DNA of 55,909 nucleotides from an uncultured Chitinophagales bacterium (GTDB lineage: Bacteria; Bacteroidota; Bacteroidia; Chitinophagales; UBA2359). The DNA is taken from the NCBI GenBank assembly GCA_964654535.1, contig CAZZIZ010000003.1, positions 1 to 55,909 on the forward strand. The letters are read 5' to 3'. The notes below the pieces were generated by a model. It made no database searches, had not been told where the DNA came from, and saw nothing but the letters and a program-made list of their open reading frames with translations. Below are positions 1 through 9,044 of this stretch, piece by piece (position 1 is the first letter of the stretch; every line of letters begins with the position of its first letter). The translations under genes were made by a program, and so were the position numbers.

Positions 1-48
1 AACATTTTCTAGGCGCGCCGAATTTGAGCGGATAGCCTGTTGCTGCCC
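1..48 (-). repeat. Truncated copy (C) of the left module of a multi-copy intergenic element; other copies start at 13840 and 23104
   Basis: The reverse complement of 1-48 reads GGGCAGCAACAGGCTATCCGCTCAAATTCGGCGCGCCTAG. This matches the first ~40 nt of the elements at 13840 and 23104 (GGGCAGCAACAGGCTATCCGCTTGTACTCGGC...). The copy runs off the window edge. Confidence 0.7.
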
Positions 49-61
49 AAATAATCAATAA

Positions 62-730
62 CTAATTCGCTCCCTTTCTCAAGGACTTCAAATGTGGGCT
101 GTTTTTCATGATGAACTTTATCGATGAAAAACTTTTGGGATAGTAGGATTTGAGGTCAGAGGGCTTAACCCACTTCACATCTTTTATGCCTTCTTCTTTT
201 TGTGGTACAAGTTTTTGATTGCCTTTCAAATGCATGTCGTACCAATGAGTGCGCTTGAGCACGCGCTTGCCATCTTGTTTGTAGGTGTGTAACAAAAAGT
301 CCTGGTTGTACTTTCTAAATCGAACAAGCTCGCCGAGTTTTGGTTTACTTACTCCCGTTTCTTCCATTACTTCTCGAATGGCGGCAGCTTTTATTTTTTC
401 TTTCTTTTCGACTTTGCCTTTTGGTAAGTCCCACTTTCCACGACGGAAGATGAATAAAACTTTGCCCGTGTCTTCGTTGTACACTACTCCACCTGCGGCA
501 TCTACTATCTTGTAGAGACTGCTAAAGTCTTCCCAAACTTGCTTTTTGCTTTCGCCAACTATGTAGACTTTGTTGAGTGCGACTTCGCCTTCTATGTAGG
601 TAAGTATGTCGCTGAGTTCGTCGAGTGAATTGTAAGTCAAACGCACTTTCTTGCGACTTTCTATAAAGTCGCCAACATTCTTTTCTGCGGCAAGGTAAAC
701 CTTGGCTTGGTTGACAAAAATTTTATACAT
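62..730 (-). CDS. NUDIX hydrolase
   Basis: 222-aa ORF with a canonical Nudix box GX5EX7REUXEEXGU, seen as G-KVEKK-E-KIKAAAI-REVMEETGV. Confidence 0.85.
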   Translation of the reverse strand: MYKIFVNQAKVYLAAEKNVGDFIESRKKVRLTYNSLDELSDILTYIEGEVALNKVYIVGESKKQVWEDFSSLYKIVDAAGGVVYNEDTGKVLFIFRRGKWDLPKGKVEKKEKIKAAAIREVMEETGVSKPKLGELVRFRKYNQDFLLHTYKQDGKRVLKRTHWYDMHLKGNQKLVPQKEEGIKDVKWVKPSDLKSYYPKSFSSIKFIMKNSPHLKSLRKGAN

Positions 731-737
731 TCAAACT

Positions 738-1385
738 ATGTTCGGAAACAATTCCACTGCGCAAGATATAGCAAAATCTTTATTAGAAATCAAAGCGATA
801 AAGTTATCTCCTGACGAGCCCTTTACATGGGCTTCGGGATGGAAGTCGCCGATTTACTGCGACAATAGATTGACGCTTTCAATTCCAGAATTGTGCGAGA
901 AAATCAAAAGCCTTTTGTCGATTTTAATTCTGGAAAAATTCGGTAGCGTGAAACAAATTGCTGGAGTTGCAACTGCGGGGATACCGCAAGGAGCATTGGT
1001 AGCCAACCAGTTGTGGATGCCTTTCTGTTACGTACGTTCTAAAGCAAAAGGTCACGGTCGACAAAATCAGATTGAGGGTTCGCTTATTGAAGGTGCGGAT
1101 GTTGTGGTAGTGGAAGACTTGATTTCGACTGGTGGAAGCACGATTCAAGCGGTCGAAGTATTGCGTGCTGCAGGTGCAAATGTCATTGGAGCAGTTGCGA
1201 TATTCACATACGGCTTCCCGCAATCGGTTGATAACTTCGCGAAAATCGACTGCCCGTTTTATACGCTGTCTAACTACGAGGCGATGTTGCCCATAGCAAA
1301 AGAGATGGGTTATATCTCTGATGAACAATTTCCGATACTACAAAGTTGGCGCTCGGCTCCGAGCGAATGGATGCAAGAAGCTTAA
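738..1385 (+). CDS. pyrE: Orotate phosphoribosyltransferase
   Basis: PRPP-binding loop VVVVEDLISTGGST and the conserved N-terminal FTWASGWKSPIYCDNR. I place the start at ATG 738 (MFGNNSTAQD...) rather than the track start 702, which would overlap the divergent NUDIX gene. Confidence 0.9.
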   Translation: MFGNNSTAQDIAKSLLEIKAIKLSPDEPFTWASGWKSPIYCDNRLTLSIPELCEKIKSLLSILILEKFGSVKQIAGVATAGIPQGALVANQLWMPFCYVRSKAKGHGRQNQIEGSLIEGADVVVVEDLISTGGSTIQAVEVLRAAGANVIGAVAIFTYGFPQSVDNFAKIDCPFYTLSNYEAMLPIAKEMGYISDEQFPILQSWRSAPSEWMQEA

Positions 1386-2716
1386 GCGATCGCTTCTACT
1401 TTGTCTACAAACTTAACGTCGTAATTGGCGAGTTCTTTTAAGACTGGTTCGTACACTTCCTTCATTATTGGAATGTGCACTCCACTTAGATTCACTTTTT
1501 CTTCTGTGATAAGGCGCACCATAATTCCTACTGGCAAACCAACTAAACGTGCCACCGAAGTGTCTTCCGAATTGATTCCTTTATGCACCAAGGTTGAAGT
1601 GAGTTTTTCTTTACGCCCGTCGATGGTGTAGTCAAACTCGTGCATCATAACGGTCATATCTTTATCCGCTGGATCGAGTTTCCACTTGCGTTGCAAAAGC
1701 TCGAGGGTTATCTCTGCTGGACTGCCTTCGTTTAATGGAATTTTTTCATCGGAAAATAATCCGAGGTAATTGAATTGATTGACGACTTCCGCGTTTTCTG
1801 AAACGCCAAGCATTTGCAGCGTTGACTTTTCTACATCCGCTACGTTTTGATTGGGCAGGAAGGATTTTATAAAATCTGCGTAGCTAAGATTACTACAGTC
1901 TATTTTGTAAGTGTTGTCGGTTAGTCCGAGTGAGAGGATTGCATTCCAGGCTGTACAGTAGCCTTTGTAACGCATTGTTCCACGCAATAAGGTGGGAACA
2001 TCATCCACGCCATAAGTCTTTCTATAAGGAATAGAGTTTCGATTGGCATAGATTTCAAAGTCGCCCACGCCTTCTACTTTTCTTTCCCAGAGTGTGGTAA
2101 ATAGTCTTCGGTAAGGAATGTACTTAACTTGCTCTTCGTTGAGGTAACGAGAAACACCTTGTCCAGCGAGCACAACATTCATAGGTGCCCAGGTAAACTT
2201 GTAGTGCCAAGGATTGGTATTGGACTCGGGAGAAATAAGCGCTCCGGTAAAGGAATAGATGGCGTCAATTTTATCGCTTTTCTCACGAACCTCCACCAGC
2301 TTTTCCATCATTACCAAATGATCGATGCCAGGATCTAGCCCAATCTCGCCCATAAAAAGCAAGCCTTTCTTTTTAAAGTCGGAGTCGAGTGCTTTGATGT
2401 CTTCACTTACGTACGAAGCGGTAACCATATGCTTGCTATGCTTCAGGCATTGTTCAGCAACCAGAATATGAAACTTGGCTGGTAACATAGAGGCGACAAT
2501 ATCAGCTTGACTTACAAAGTCACTCCGCATTTGTTCGTTTAGAATATCGAACTGAACTGCTTTACCTCGTGGATGGCCATCGATTTTGTCTTCGGCCATT
2601 TTGAGATTCAAATCACCCAGCGTGATTTGCCAATCGTTGGCTTCGGCTTTTTCTAGTAAGTAATCTACAAGTGCACGGGTTGACTTTCCCGCTCCGAGGA
2701 TGAGGATTTTTTTCAT
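1382..2716 (-). CDS. Saccharopine dehydrogenase family NAD(P)-binding oxidoreductase
   Basis: 444 aa with an N-terminal Rossmann motif KKILILGAGKSTRALVDYLL. Length and overall pattern fit the saccharopine dehydrogenase (LYS9-like) family. Confidence 0.75.
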   Translation of the reverse strand: MKKILILGAGKSTRALVDYLLEKAEANDWQITLGDLNLKMAEDKIDGHPRGKAVQFDILNEQMRSDFVSQADIVASMLPAKFHILVAEQCLKHSKHMVTASYVSEDIKALDSDFKKKGLLFMGEIGLDPGIDHLVMMEKLVEVREKSDKIDAIYSFTGALISPESNTNPWHYKFTWAPMNVVLAGQGVSRYLNEEQVKYIPYRRLFTTLWERKVEGVGDFEIYANRNSIPYRKTYGVDDVPTLLRGTMRYKGYCTAWNAILSLGLTDNTYKIDCSNLSYADFIKSFLPNQNVADVEKSTLQMLGVSENAEVVNQFNYLGLFSDEKIPLNEGSPAEITLELLQRKWKLDPADKDMTVMMHEFDYTIDGRKEKLTSTLVHKGINSEDTSVARLVGLPVGIMVRLITEEKVNLSGVHIPIMKEVYEPVLKELANYDVKFVDKVEAIA

Positions 2717-2719
2717 CGA

Positions 2720-4117
2720 TTATTTCGGCAAGGATTTCGGCTGAGTTAACTTCTTTTCAGCTGCCTTTTCCGCTGCCTCGTTCATTGCCTTCTTGATTTC
2801 AGGAGATACGTGCAGTGGCTCAGACTGGTCTTCGCTTGCTGCTTCTGCTGGTGTACCAACTAAACACATTCCTTCTATCAACTCGGTAAACTCCTTTACA
2901 AAGTCATCGTAAGTAGAAGTGGCCGGGCCTGAAAAGCCCGTGTGAATTTTTCGCACGTTGCCTTTCTTATCGAGGACGATGGTCGTTGGGAATGAACTGA
3001 TGCCATTGAGCATGGGGAAATCTTGAGATGCCTTTTTCTTATTGGCTTTGCCTGCAAACAAAACTTCGTAGTCGATACCCATTTCTTGTTTATAGCGATT
3101 GAGCTTCAATGCTTCAGTTGCAAAATCGTCAGAGCGCTCGTACGCAATACCAATGATTTCTAAGCCCTTGTCGTGGTAATCGCTATATAATTTTGAGAGG
3201 AATCTGCTTTCGTCCATACAGTTGGGGCACCAAGAACCAAAAATATTAAGGATAACAACTTTACCCGCATATTCTTCTTTAACAAAATTTCTTCTGTACC
3301 CTTTCATGTCTTGAGCAACATAGTTGATGCTGTCATTACCAGAAGTAAAAAATGTAATCAAGTCCGGATCTGGAAGTTGAGCATTTTCGTTTTTAGTAGC
3401 AACCCAAGGTTCAGACCAGTGATTGCCGCTCCAAAATGTTGCTTTTATTTTATTTCCATCGCTAACTTTTCCTTTGAACAAAAATGCGTGCGAACCATCA
3501 AAGCAAGACATCTTGAATTTATCTTCGTAGACCACACCTTCTAAATAACGGTAATCACCTGTGGCGGTCCTGAAGGTTCCATATAGTTTATTGCCTTCTT
3601 GCTTGAACTCGCCTATCGCTGCGTATTCATCTTCGCTGTCCGGACTAAAAGCAACTTGCCACTTACCATTTATGTCTACAGTTGCATCTGGATGTTCTAT
3701 CTGATCGTCGACATAACGATCTGGGAAAAAGATACTCCAAGAGTTCACAGCGTAAAAAGGCATAGAGTAATCGCCTCGACCTGGAAACTTATTCCATCGT
3801 CCTTCTAGATTGTAAAAGGAATTTTTAGAATCGAACTTGGCAACAATGGTTGAATGAAAAACAGGGATGTCAAAAATGAGATTACCATCAGACATGTTGA
3901 TGGTGTTGATCGCAATGCGCTCATCACCATTTACAATCGTAACGGTTTCGTTTTCACGATCAAGAATTAAGAAAAACTTAACCTTAGTGGTGTCATCGAT
4001 TTCTAGGTACGCATCGTAGAAATGCAAATCGAAATCTTCAAACTTCATTTTCTTTTGCCCAAATACGTTTAGACAAAGGCACATCAATAATAGGAGAACG
4101 GGATATTTATAAATCAT
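2720..4117 (-). CDS. TlpA/ResA-like thiol:disulfide oxidoreductase with an N-terminal domain of unknown function; secreted
   Basis: CxxC active site WCPNC in a C-terminal thioredoxin fold (VVILNIFGSWCPNCMDE). Signal peptide MIYKYPVLLLLMCLCLNVFGQ. Start moved to ATG 4117 because the track extension to 4189 overlaps the SRP RNA gene. Confidence 0.8.
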   Translation of the reverse strand: MIYKYPVLLLLMCLCLNVFGQKKMKFEDFDLHFYDAYLEIDDTTKVKFFLILDRENETVTIVNGDERIAINTINMSDGNLIFDIPVFHSTIVAKFDSKNSFYNLEGRWNKFPGRGDYSMPFYAVNSWSIFFPDRYVDDQIEHPDATVDINGKWQVAFSPDSEDEYAAIGEFKQEGNKLYGTFRTATGDYRYLEGVVYEDKFKMSCFDGSHAFLFKGKVSDGNKIKATFWSGNHWSEPWVATKNENAQLPDPDLITFFTSGNDSINYVAQDMKGYRRNFVKEEYAGKVVILNIFGSWCPNCMDESRFLSKLYSDYHDKGLEIIGIAYERSDDFATEALKLNRYKQEMGIDYEVLFAGKANKKKASQDFPMLNGISSFPTTIVLDKKGNVRKIHTGFSGPATSTYDDFVKEFTELIEGMCLVGTPAEAASEDQSEPLHVSPEIKKAMNEAAEKAAEKKLTQPKSLPK

Positions 4118-4149
4118 AAGCCAGGATTCACTGGGCGAAGACGATATTG

Positions 4150-4258
4150 TAAAAGAAAGGCAGGAACCTGAATCGCACCGCTCAACCATCTACCCTTGCT
4201 TCCTTCCGGACCTGGGGGAGTTCAACAGGAGCTGGTCGTACAAGCCCTACCCGAGGCC
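4150..4258 (-). ncRNA. ffs: Signal recognition particle RNA (small 4.5S-type SRP RNA)
   Basis: The minus strand reads ...CUCCCCCAGGUCCGGAAGGAAGCAAGGGUAGAUGG... This is the conserved SRP domain IV with its GGAA tetraloop; compare E. coli 4.5S CAGGUCCGGAAGGAAGCAGCC. It sits in a 247-nt gap between CDSs and is followed by a U-rich tail (UUUCUUUU). Both ends are approximate. Confidence 0.75.
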
Positions 4259-4364
4259 GAAAATAATTCATTTAGCGTTAATAAGGCGTCGTTCGGAAGG
4301 CTAGTTAATTGTCGGCTGTTCCTTTTAATATCTTTATTTTACAGGACACGATTTTAATTGAACC

Positions 4365-6002
4365 ATGAGTCCGAAGGAAATAGCGAAAAATAGAAATGAA
4401 GACGCCATGCGTCTACTTGTTTCTCAAGTGAATAGTCATCTGGAAACCATAGCACAAGGTGGTGGTCCCAAGCGTATCGAAAAGGAGCATAAAAAGGGGA
4501 AATTTACGGCTCGAGAGCGTATAGAGAAGTTAATTGATCCCAATACTCAATTTTACGAGCTAGGCGCATTTGCCGGGTTTGAGATGTATGAGGAATATGG
4601 CGGATGTCCGGCAGCTGGCGTAGTTACTGGAATTGGTCAGGTGTCGGGAAGGCAATGTATGATTATAGCCAATGACGCTACTGTCAAGGCAGGAGCGTGG
4701 TTCCCAATAGCTGGCAAGAAGAACTTGAGAATGCAAGAGATTGCCATGGAAAATCGTTTGCCCTTAATTTATTTGGTGGACAGCGCGGGGGTGTTTCTTC
4801 CGTTGCAGGATGAGATTTTCCCAGATAAAGAACACTTTGGTAGAATATTTCGAAACAACGCGAGAATAAGCGCAATGGGAATTCCCCAAATCTCGGCGAT
4901 AATGGGAAGCTGCGTTGCTGGAGGCGCTTACTTACCTATTATGTCGGACGAGTCATTGATCGTTGAGGGTACGGGCTCTATATTTTTAGCTGGCCCTTAC
5001 TTGGTAAAAGCAGCGATTGGCGAGGACGTAGATAAAGAAACGCTTGGTGGAGCAACAACTCAAACTGAGCTATCAGGCGTTTGCGATTATAAAATGCCGG
5101 ATGAAAAGACGTGCATAAAAACGATACGTGGCCTGATAGATAAACTGGGACCAACAAAATCGGCCAACTTCAATCGAAAAGAGGCGACTGCTCCTGGTGT
5201 TGATTTGGAATCAATTTACAGTGTGTTTCCTGAAAAGGGCGCCAAGCCCTATGAAATGCGTGATTTGATTGAATGTATAGTCGATGCCACGGAGATAGAG
5301 GAATATAAAAGTGATTACGGCAAGTCGATAGTTTGTTGCTACGCCCGCATTGATGGTTGGGCCGTAGGAATAGTGGCGAACCAAAGAGAGATCATCAAAA
5401 ACGCAAAGGGAGAAATGCAATTTGGCGGAGTCATCTATTCTGACTCGGCAGATAAAGCAGCGCGCTTCGTTATGACTTGTAATCAGAAAAAAATCCCATT
5501 AATCTTTTTACAAGACGTAACAGGTTTTATGGTGGGTTCAAGATCTGAACACGGAGGCATCATTAAGGATGGAGCAAAATTGGTCAATGCGGTTTCAAAT
5601 TCAGTCGTTCCAAAAATCACCATCGTGGTAGGTAATTCTTACGGCGCTGGTAATTATGCAATGTGCGGAAAAGCTTATGATCCAAGGTTTATATTCGCTT
5701 GGCCCACCGCCAAAATTGCGGTAATGGGCGGAGGCGCTGCGGCCAAAACAATTCTTCAGATTCAAAAGGCAAGCTTGAAAAAGCAAGGAAAAACCATTGA
5801 TGAAAAGGAAGAAAGAGCTCTTTTGGACGAAATTACTAACAAGTACGAAAGTCAGACTACGCCTTACTATGCGGCTAGTAGGCTATGGGTTGACTCAATA
5901 ATTGACCCTGCGAAAACAAGAGAATACATTTCAATGTGCATAAGCGCCAGTAATCATGCACCAATTGAGAGAGATTTTAATATGGGCGTATTGCAAACTT
6001 AA
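4365..6002 (+). CDS. Acyl-CoA carboxylase carboxyltransferase (beta) subunit, methylcrotonyl-/propionyl-CoA carboxylase-like
   Basis: 545 aa. Family pattern includes GGGPKRIEKEHKKGKFTARERIEKLIDP, tandem carboxyltransferase halves, and GVIYSDSADKAARFV. Confidence 0.85.
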   Translation: MSPKEIAKNRNEDAMRLLVSQVNSHLETIAQGGGPKRIEKEHKKGKFTARERIEKLIDPNTQFYELGAFAGFEMYEEYGGCPAAGVVTGIGQVSGRQCMIIANDATVKAGAWFPIAGKKNLRMQEIAMENRLPLIYLVDSAGVFLPLQDEIFPDKEHFGRIFRNNARISAMGIPQISAIMGSCVAGGAYLPIMSDESLIVEGTGSIFLAGPYLVKAAIGEDVDKETLGGATTQTELSGVCDYKMPDEKTCIKTIRGLIDKLGPTKSANFNRKEATAPGVDLESIYSVFPEKGAKPYEMRDLIECIVDATEIEEYKSDYGKSIVCCYARIDGWAVGIVANQREIIKNAKGEMQFGGVIYSDSADKAARFVMTCNQKKIPLIFLQDVTGFMVGSRSEHGGIIKDGAKLVNAVSNSVVPKITIVVGNSYGAGNYAMCGKAYDPRFIFAWPTAKIAVMGGGAAAKTILQIQKASLKKQGKTIDEKEERALLDEITNKYESQTTPYYAASRLWVDSIIDPAKTREYISMCISASNHAPIERDFNMGVLQT

Positions 6003-6027
6003 CCGTTCAGGTATATTTTTGGACGTG

Positions 6028-6582
6028 ATGACGAAATACTTCTTTCTTCTTATCCCACTCTTTCTTAATGCTGCTTTTATCTGCGATAATTCTGCTGTTG
6101 AGGAAGAAGAGTCGAAGGAAATTGTTTGGCTAAGTCTGGAAGAAGCCATTTCCTTAAATGAAAAGAGCCCGAAGAAGTTTCTAATAAACGTGGTAACAGA
6201 GTGGTGCGCAGCTTGTAAACACATGGGCAATACGACCTACTCCAGCCCAGAAGTCATTGATTATATCAATAATAACTTCTACGCAGTTACGCTCGACGCT
6301 CAAATGAAAGAACCATTTACCTTTTTGAATAAGCAGTTCTTATACAATGAACAACTCTTAAAAGGAGGCGTTCACGACCTTGCCGTCCATCTCACCAAGG
6401 GCAACCTCACCTTTCCAACAACTGTCTTTTTAGATGAGTATCTTGTTAATCCTCAGCCTATTACGGGCTTTCAGTCCACTGATCAACTGTCCTGTTTGAT
6501 GGCGTTCTTTGGCGAAAACATTCACTACGAGACTGAGTGGAATGTTTTCAAGGACTTTTATAGCAATAAAAAGAGTGATTAA
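6028..6582 (+). CDS. Secreted thioredoxin-fold protein (DUF255/thioredoxin-like)
   Basis: CxxC motif WCAACKHM. Signal-like N-terminus MTKYFFLLIPLFLNAAF. Start taken at ATG 6028, just after the upstream stop at 6002, not the overlapping track start 5956. Confidence 0.65.
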   Translation: MTKYFFLLIPLFLNAAFICDNSAVEEEESKEIVWLSLEEAISLNEKSPKKFLINVVTEWCAACKHMGNTTYSSPEVIDYINNNFYAVTLDAQMKEPFTFLNKQFLYNEQLLKGGVHDLAVHLTKGNLTFPTTVFLDEYLVNPQPITGFQSTDQLSCLMAFFGENIHYETEWNVFKDFYSNKKSD

Positions 6583-6711
6583 CCATACCTTCGAAATCGT
6601 TAAAAGGTGAATAAACCAAGACTTCGAGCATTGGTTGCTTAGACTTAATTGACTAATTTCGAAGTCCTAACAAGGGAAATAAAAGTTAAAAAGACACAAT
6701 AAACACGTACA

Positions 6712-7773
6712 ATGAAGCATTTAAAATTATTTATTTCAGCTGTAATAGTTATGGCTGTTTCAGCTGCATCAATGCAGTTGAATGCACAGTATGGCGATCT
6801 TCCTGCAGATGCAGTTCCAGGAAAATGCTATTCTAAGTGTATGATTCCAGCACAGTATGAAACCGTTTCGGAAGAAATACTTGTAAAGGAAGCATCTACT
6901 GTATTGCAAATTATTCCAGAGCAATACGAAACTGTAACCGAAGAAGTTCTTGTAAAAGAAGCTTACACAGTTTACGAAGTAGTACCACCAAAATTCACAA
7001 CTGTAACTGAAGAGGTTCTTGTAAAAGAAGCTGGTTTGAGATTAGAGTGTGTTGACGCTAACGGAAACGTTGTTGGTTCTGCTCGTCGTGGTGGTGGATG
7101 CCCTGCAGTTTACGAAACAGTTACTGAGGAAATGTTGGTTGCTCCTTCATCTACTAAGTGGGTAAGAGGAAAAGCTGATCCAAACTGTATTTCTGAAAAC
7201 CCGAACGATTGTATGGTTTGGTGTATGAAAGAAGTTCCTGCACAGTATAAAACGATAAGAAAGCAAGTATTAGCTTCTTCTCCTTCTGTTCGTGAAGTGG
7301 CTATTCCTGCTGAGTACAAAACTGTTACAAGAACAGTTATTGAAGCTTGTTCAGCTGGCGAAATGAATGGTAAGTCTGTTATTGAAATCGCTCCAGGTAT
7401 CTGCGGTGTTTCTAGAACTGTTCCTGCTGAGTACAAAACTATTACAAGAAGAGTTTTAAGTAACGCAGCTTCTACTACCCAAACAGTAATTCCTGCTGAG
7501 TACAAGACTGTTACTTCTCGTCAAATGATTAGCTCTGGTTCTGTTACTGATTTCCGTGAAGTATTATGTGAGTCTGATATGACTTCATCTACTATCTCGA
7601 AAATTCAGAGAGCATTACAAGCTGCTGGATACGATCCAGGACCGATTGACAATGTAATGGGTGGTCAAACACGTGATGCTTTACGTGCTTACCAAGAAGC
7701 TAATGGTTTAGAAGTTTCTGTTCAAGGAAACAACATTCCATTGGAAACATTGAAATCTTTAGGCGTTTACTAG
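6712..7773 (+). CDS. Secreted repeat protein with a C-terminal peptidoglycan-binding (PG_binding_1-like) domain
   Basis: Signal peptide MKHLKLFISAVIVMAVSAASMQLNA. There are eight or more copies of a P-x-x-Y-(E/K)-T-(V/I)-(T/S) motif. The C-terminus ISKIQRALQAAGYDPGPIDNVMGGQTRDALRAYQEANGL is typical of PG-binding domain 1. Confidence 0.7.
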   Translation: MKHLKLFISAVIVMAVSAASMQLNAQYGDLPADAVPGKCYSKCMIPAQYETVSEEILVKEASTVLQIIPEQYETVTEEVLVKEAYTVYEVVPPKFTTVTEEVLVKEAGLRLECVDANGNVVGSARRGGGCPAVYETVTEEMLVAPSSTKWVRGKADPNCISENPNDCMVWCMKEVPAQYKTIRKQVLASSPSVREVAIPAEYKTVTRTVIEACSAGEMNGKSVIEIAPGICGVSRTVPAEYKTITRRVLSNAASTTQTVIPAEYKTVTSRQMISSGSVTDFREVLCESDMTSSTISKIQRALQAAGYDPGPIDNVMGGQTRDALRAYQEANGLEVSVQGNNIPLETLKSLGVY

Positions 7774-7798
7774 TAGATAGTAAATCATAAGAATATTT

Positions 7799-7834
7799 AA
7801 GCCCTTGTATCAATGATACAAGGGCTTTCTTTTT
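7799..7834 (+). terminator. Rho-independent terminator after the PG-binding repeat protein
   Basis: Perfect 13-bp stem AAGCCCTTGTATC / GATACAAGGGCTT with a 3-nt loop, followed by TCTTTTT. It lies 26 nt after the stop at 7773. Confidence 0.8.
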
Positions 7835-7862
7835 GCCCGCAAATGTTCTAAATTGAATGTAA

Positions 7863-8315
7863 ATGAAGAAGCATCCAATTATCAAACTATTACAGTTAAG
7901 CGTCTTAATGCTATGCCTGTGCTTGGTCTCCAACGCTCAAACAAACTTTTATTCTGGTTCTATTGAAGATATGAAACGTGTCGCCAATGACGAACACAAG
8001 TCCTATATCGTGGAGTATGTAACGCCGTGGTGTCAGGCTTGTAAGAGGATGGATCGTGAAGTATTTGGAGACGATGAAACTTCGATTTACCTCAATAGAA
8101 ACTTCTACATTAAAAAAGCTGATGCTGAGTCTCCATTGTACGAAAATAGTGCCCGCGAAAATTTAATTGGTGCCTACCCTACATTTATCGTTTACAACGC
8201 AGACGGCCAAGAACAAGGTCGAATCGTAGGGTTTTACTCCAAGTATTCCTTCATGAACAAGGTGAAGGAATTCAAACACAAAGTGCCCAATAATCAATTC
8301 ACCGAATTCCGGTAG
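7863..8315 (+). CDS. Secreted thioredoxin family protein
   Basis: Signal peptide followed by the CxxC motif WCQACKRM. 150 aa. Confidence 0.7.
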   Translation: MKKHPIIKLLQLSVLMLCLCLVSNAQTNFYSGSIEDMKRVANDEHKSYIVEYVTPWCQACKRMDREVFGDDETSIYLNRNFYIKKADAESPLYENSARENLIGAYPTFIVYNADGQEQGRIVGFYSKYSFMNKVKEFKHKVPNNQFTEFR

Positions 8316-9034
8316 GCGTTCTTTTTACTTCCTTTTCGTCGCATTTTCCATACGCCTACAAAGGCTTCATTGAAGATGGCGGTACTCATTTTACTCACTC
8401 CTACGATTCTGTCCTTGAATGTTATAGGGACTTCCTTTATATCATAACCTAAGAGGTGAACGGCATATTTCATTTCTATTTGAAACGCGTAACCGACGAA
8501 TTCGATTTGCTCAAAGTCCATCTCCTCCAAAACGCTACTTCGATAACAAACGAATCCAGCAGTAGTATCTCGAATAGATAACCAAAGAACCATACGCACA
8601 TAAACGGAGGCGAAGTAGCTCATCAAAATTCGGCCGACCGGCCAGTTCTCCACCTTACCTCCACTAGTATACCTTGAACCTACAGACATACCCACTCCTT
8701 CTTTAGAACAAGCGCTAAGCAAAGCGGGCAACATATCGGGCGAATGAGAAAAATCGGCGTCCATCTCAAAAAGGAAATCATAGCCCTTTTCTAGGCCCCA
8801 TTTAAATCCTTCGATGTAGGCAGTGCCTAAACCGAGCTTACCACTTCTTTCTAATAAAAAAACTTCTGGATTGTTGGTAGCAAAAACCTTTACCAATTTT
8901 GCCGTGCCGTCCGGCGAGGCATCATCAACCACGAGGATGTGATATCCTTCATTCAAATCTATAATAGCCTGAAGAATATTCTCAATATTCTCCTTCTCAT
9001 TATAAGTTGGTATGATAACTAAACACTTCGGCAA
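8294..9034 (-). CDS. GT2 polyprenol/dolichyl-phosphate mannosyltransferase-like glycosyltransferase
   Basis: VIIPTYNEKENI, VVDDASPDGT and DADFSH (DxD) motifs. 246 aa. Confidence 0.8.
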   Translation of the reverse strand: MPKCLVIIPTYNEKENIENILQAIIDLNEGYHILVVDDASPDGTAKLVKVFATNNPEVFLLERSGKLGLGTAYIEGFKWGLEKGYDFLFEMDADFSHSPDMLPALLSACSKEGVGMSVGSRYTSGGKVENWPVGRILMSYFASVYVRMVLWLSIRDTTAGFVCYRSSVLEEMDFEQIEFVGYAFQIEMKYAVHLLGYDIKEVPITFKDRIVGVSKMSTAIFNEAFVGVWKMRRKGSKKNAYRNSVN

Positions 9035-9044
9035 AGAAATTGTT

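Noticed and set aside
4118-4189. N-terminal extension of the TlpA-like ORF. Similar extensions occur at 702-737 (pyrE), 5956-6027, 12898-12945 (lipA) and 26511-26558 (cinA)
   Set aside because: In each case an internal ATG gives a canonical N-terminus (a signal peptide or conserved family start) and removes overlap with a neighbouring gene or the SRP RNA.
6589-6668. Inverted repeat GACTTCGA ... TCGAAGTC downstream of the thioredoxin-like gene, considered as a terminator or regulatory hairpin
   Set aside because: It has only an 8-bp stem, a ~30-nt loop and no U-tract. That is too weak to call.
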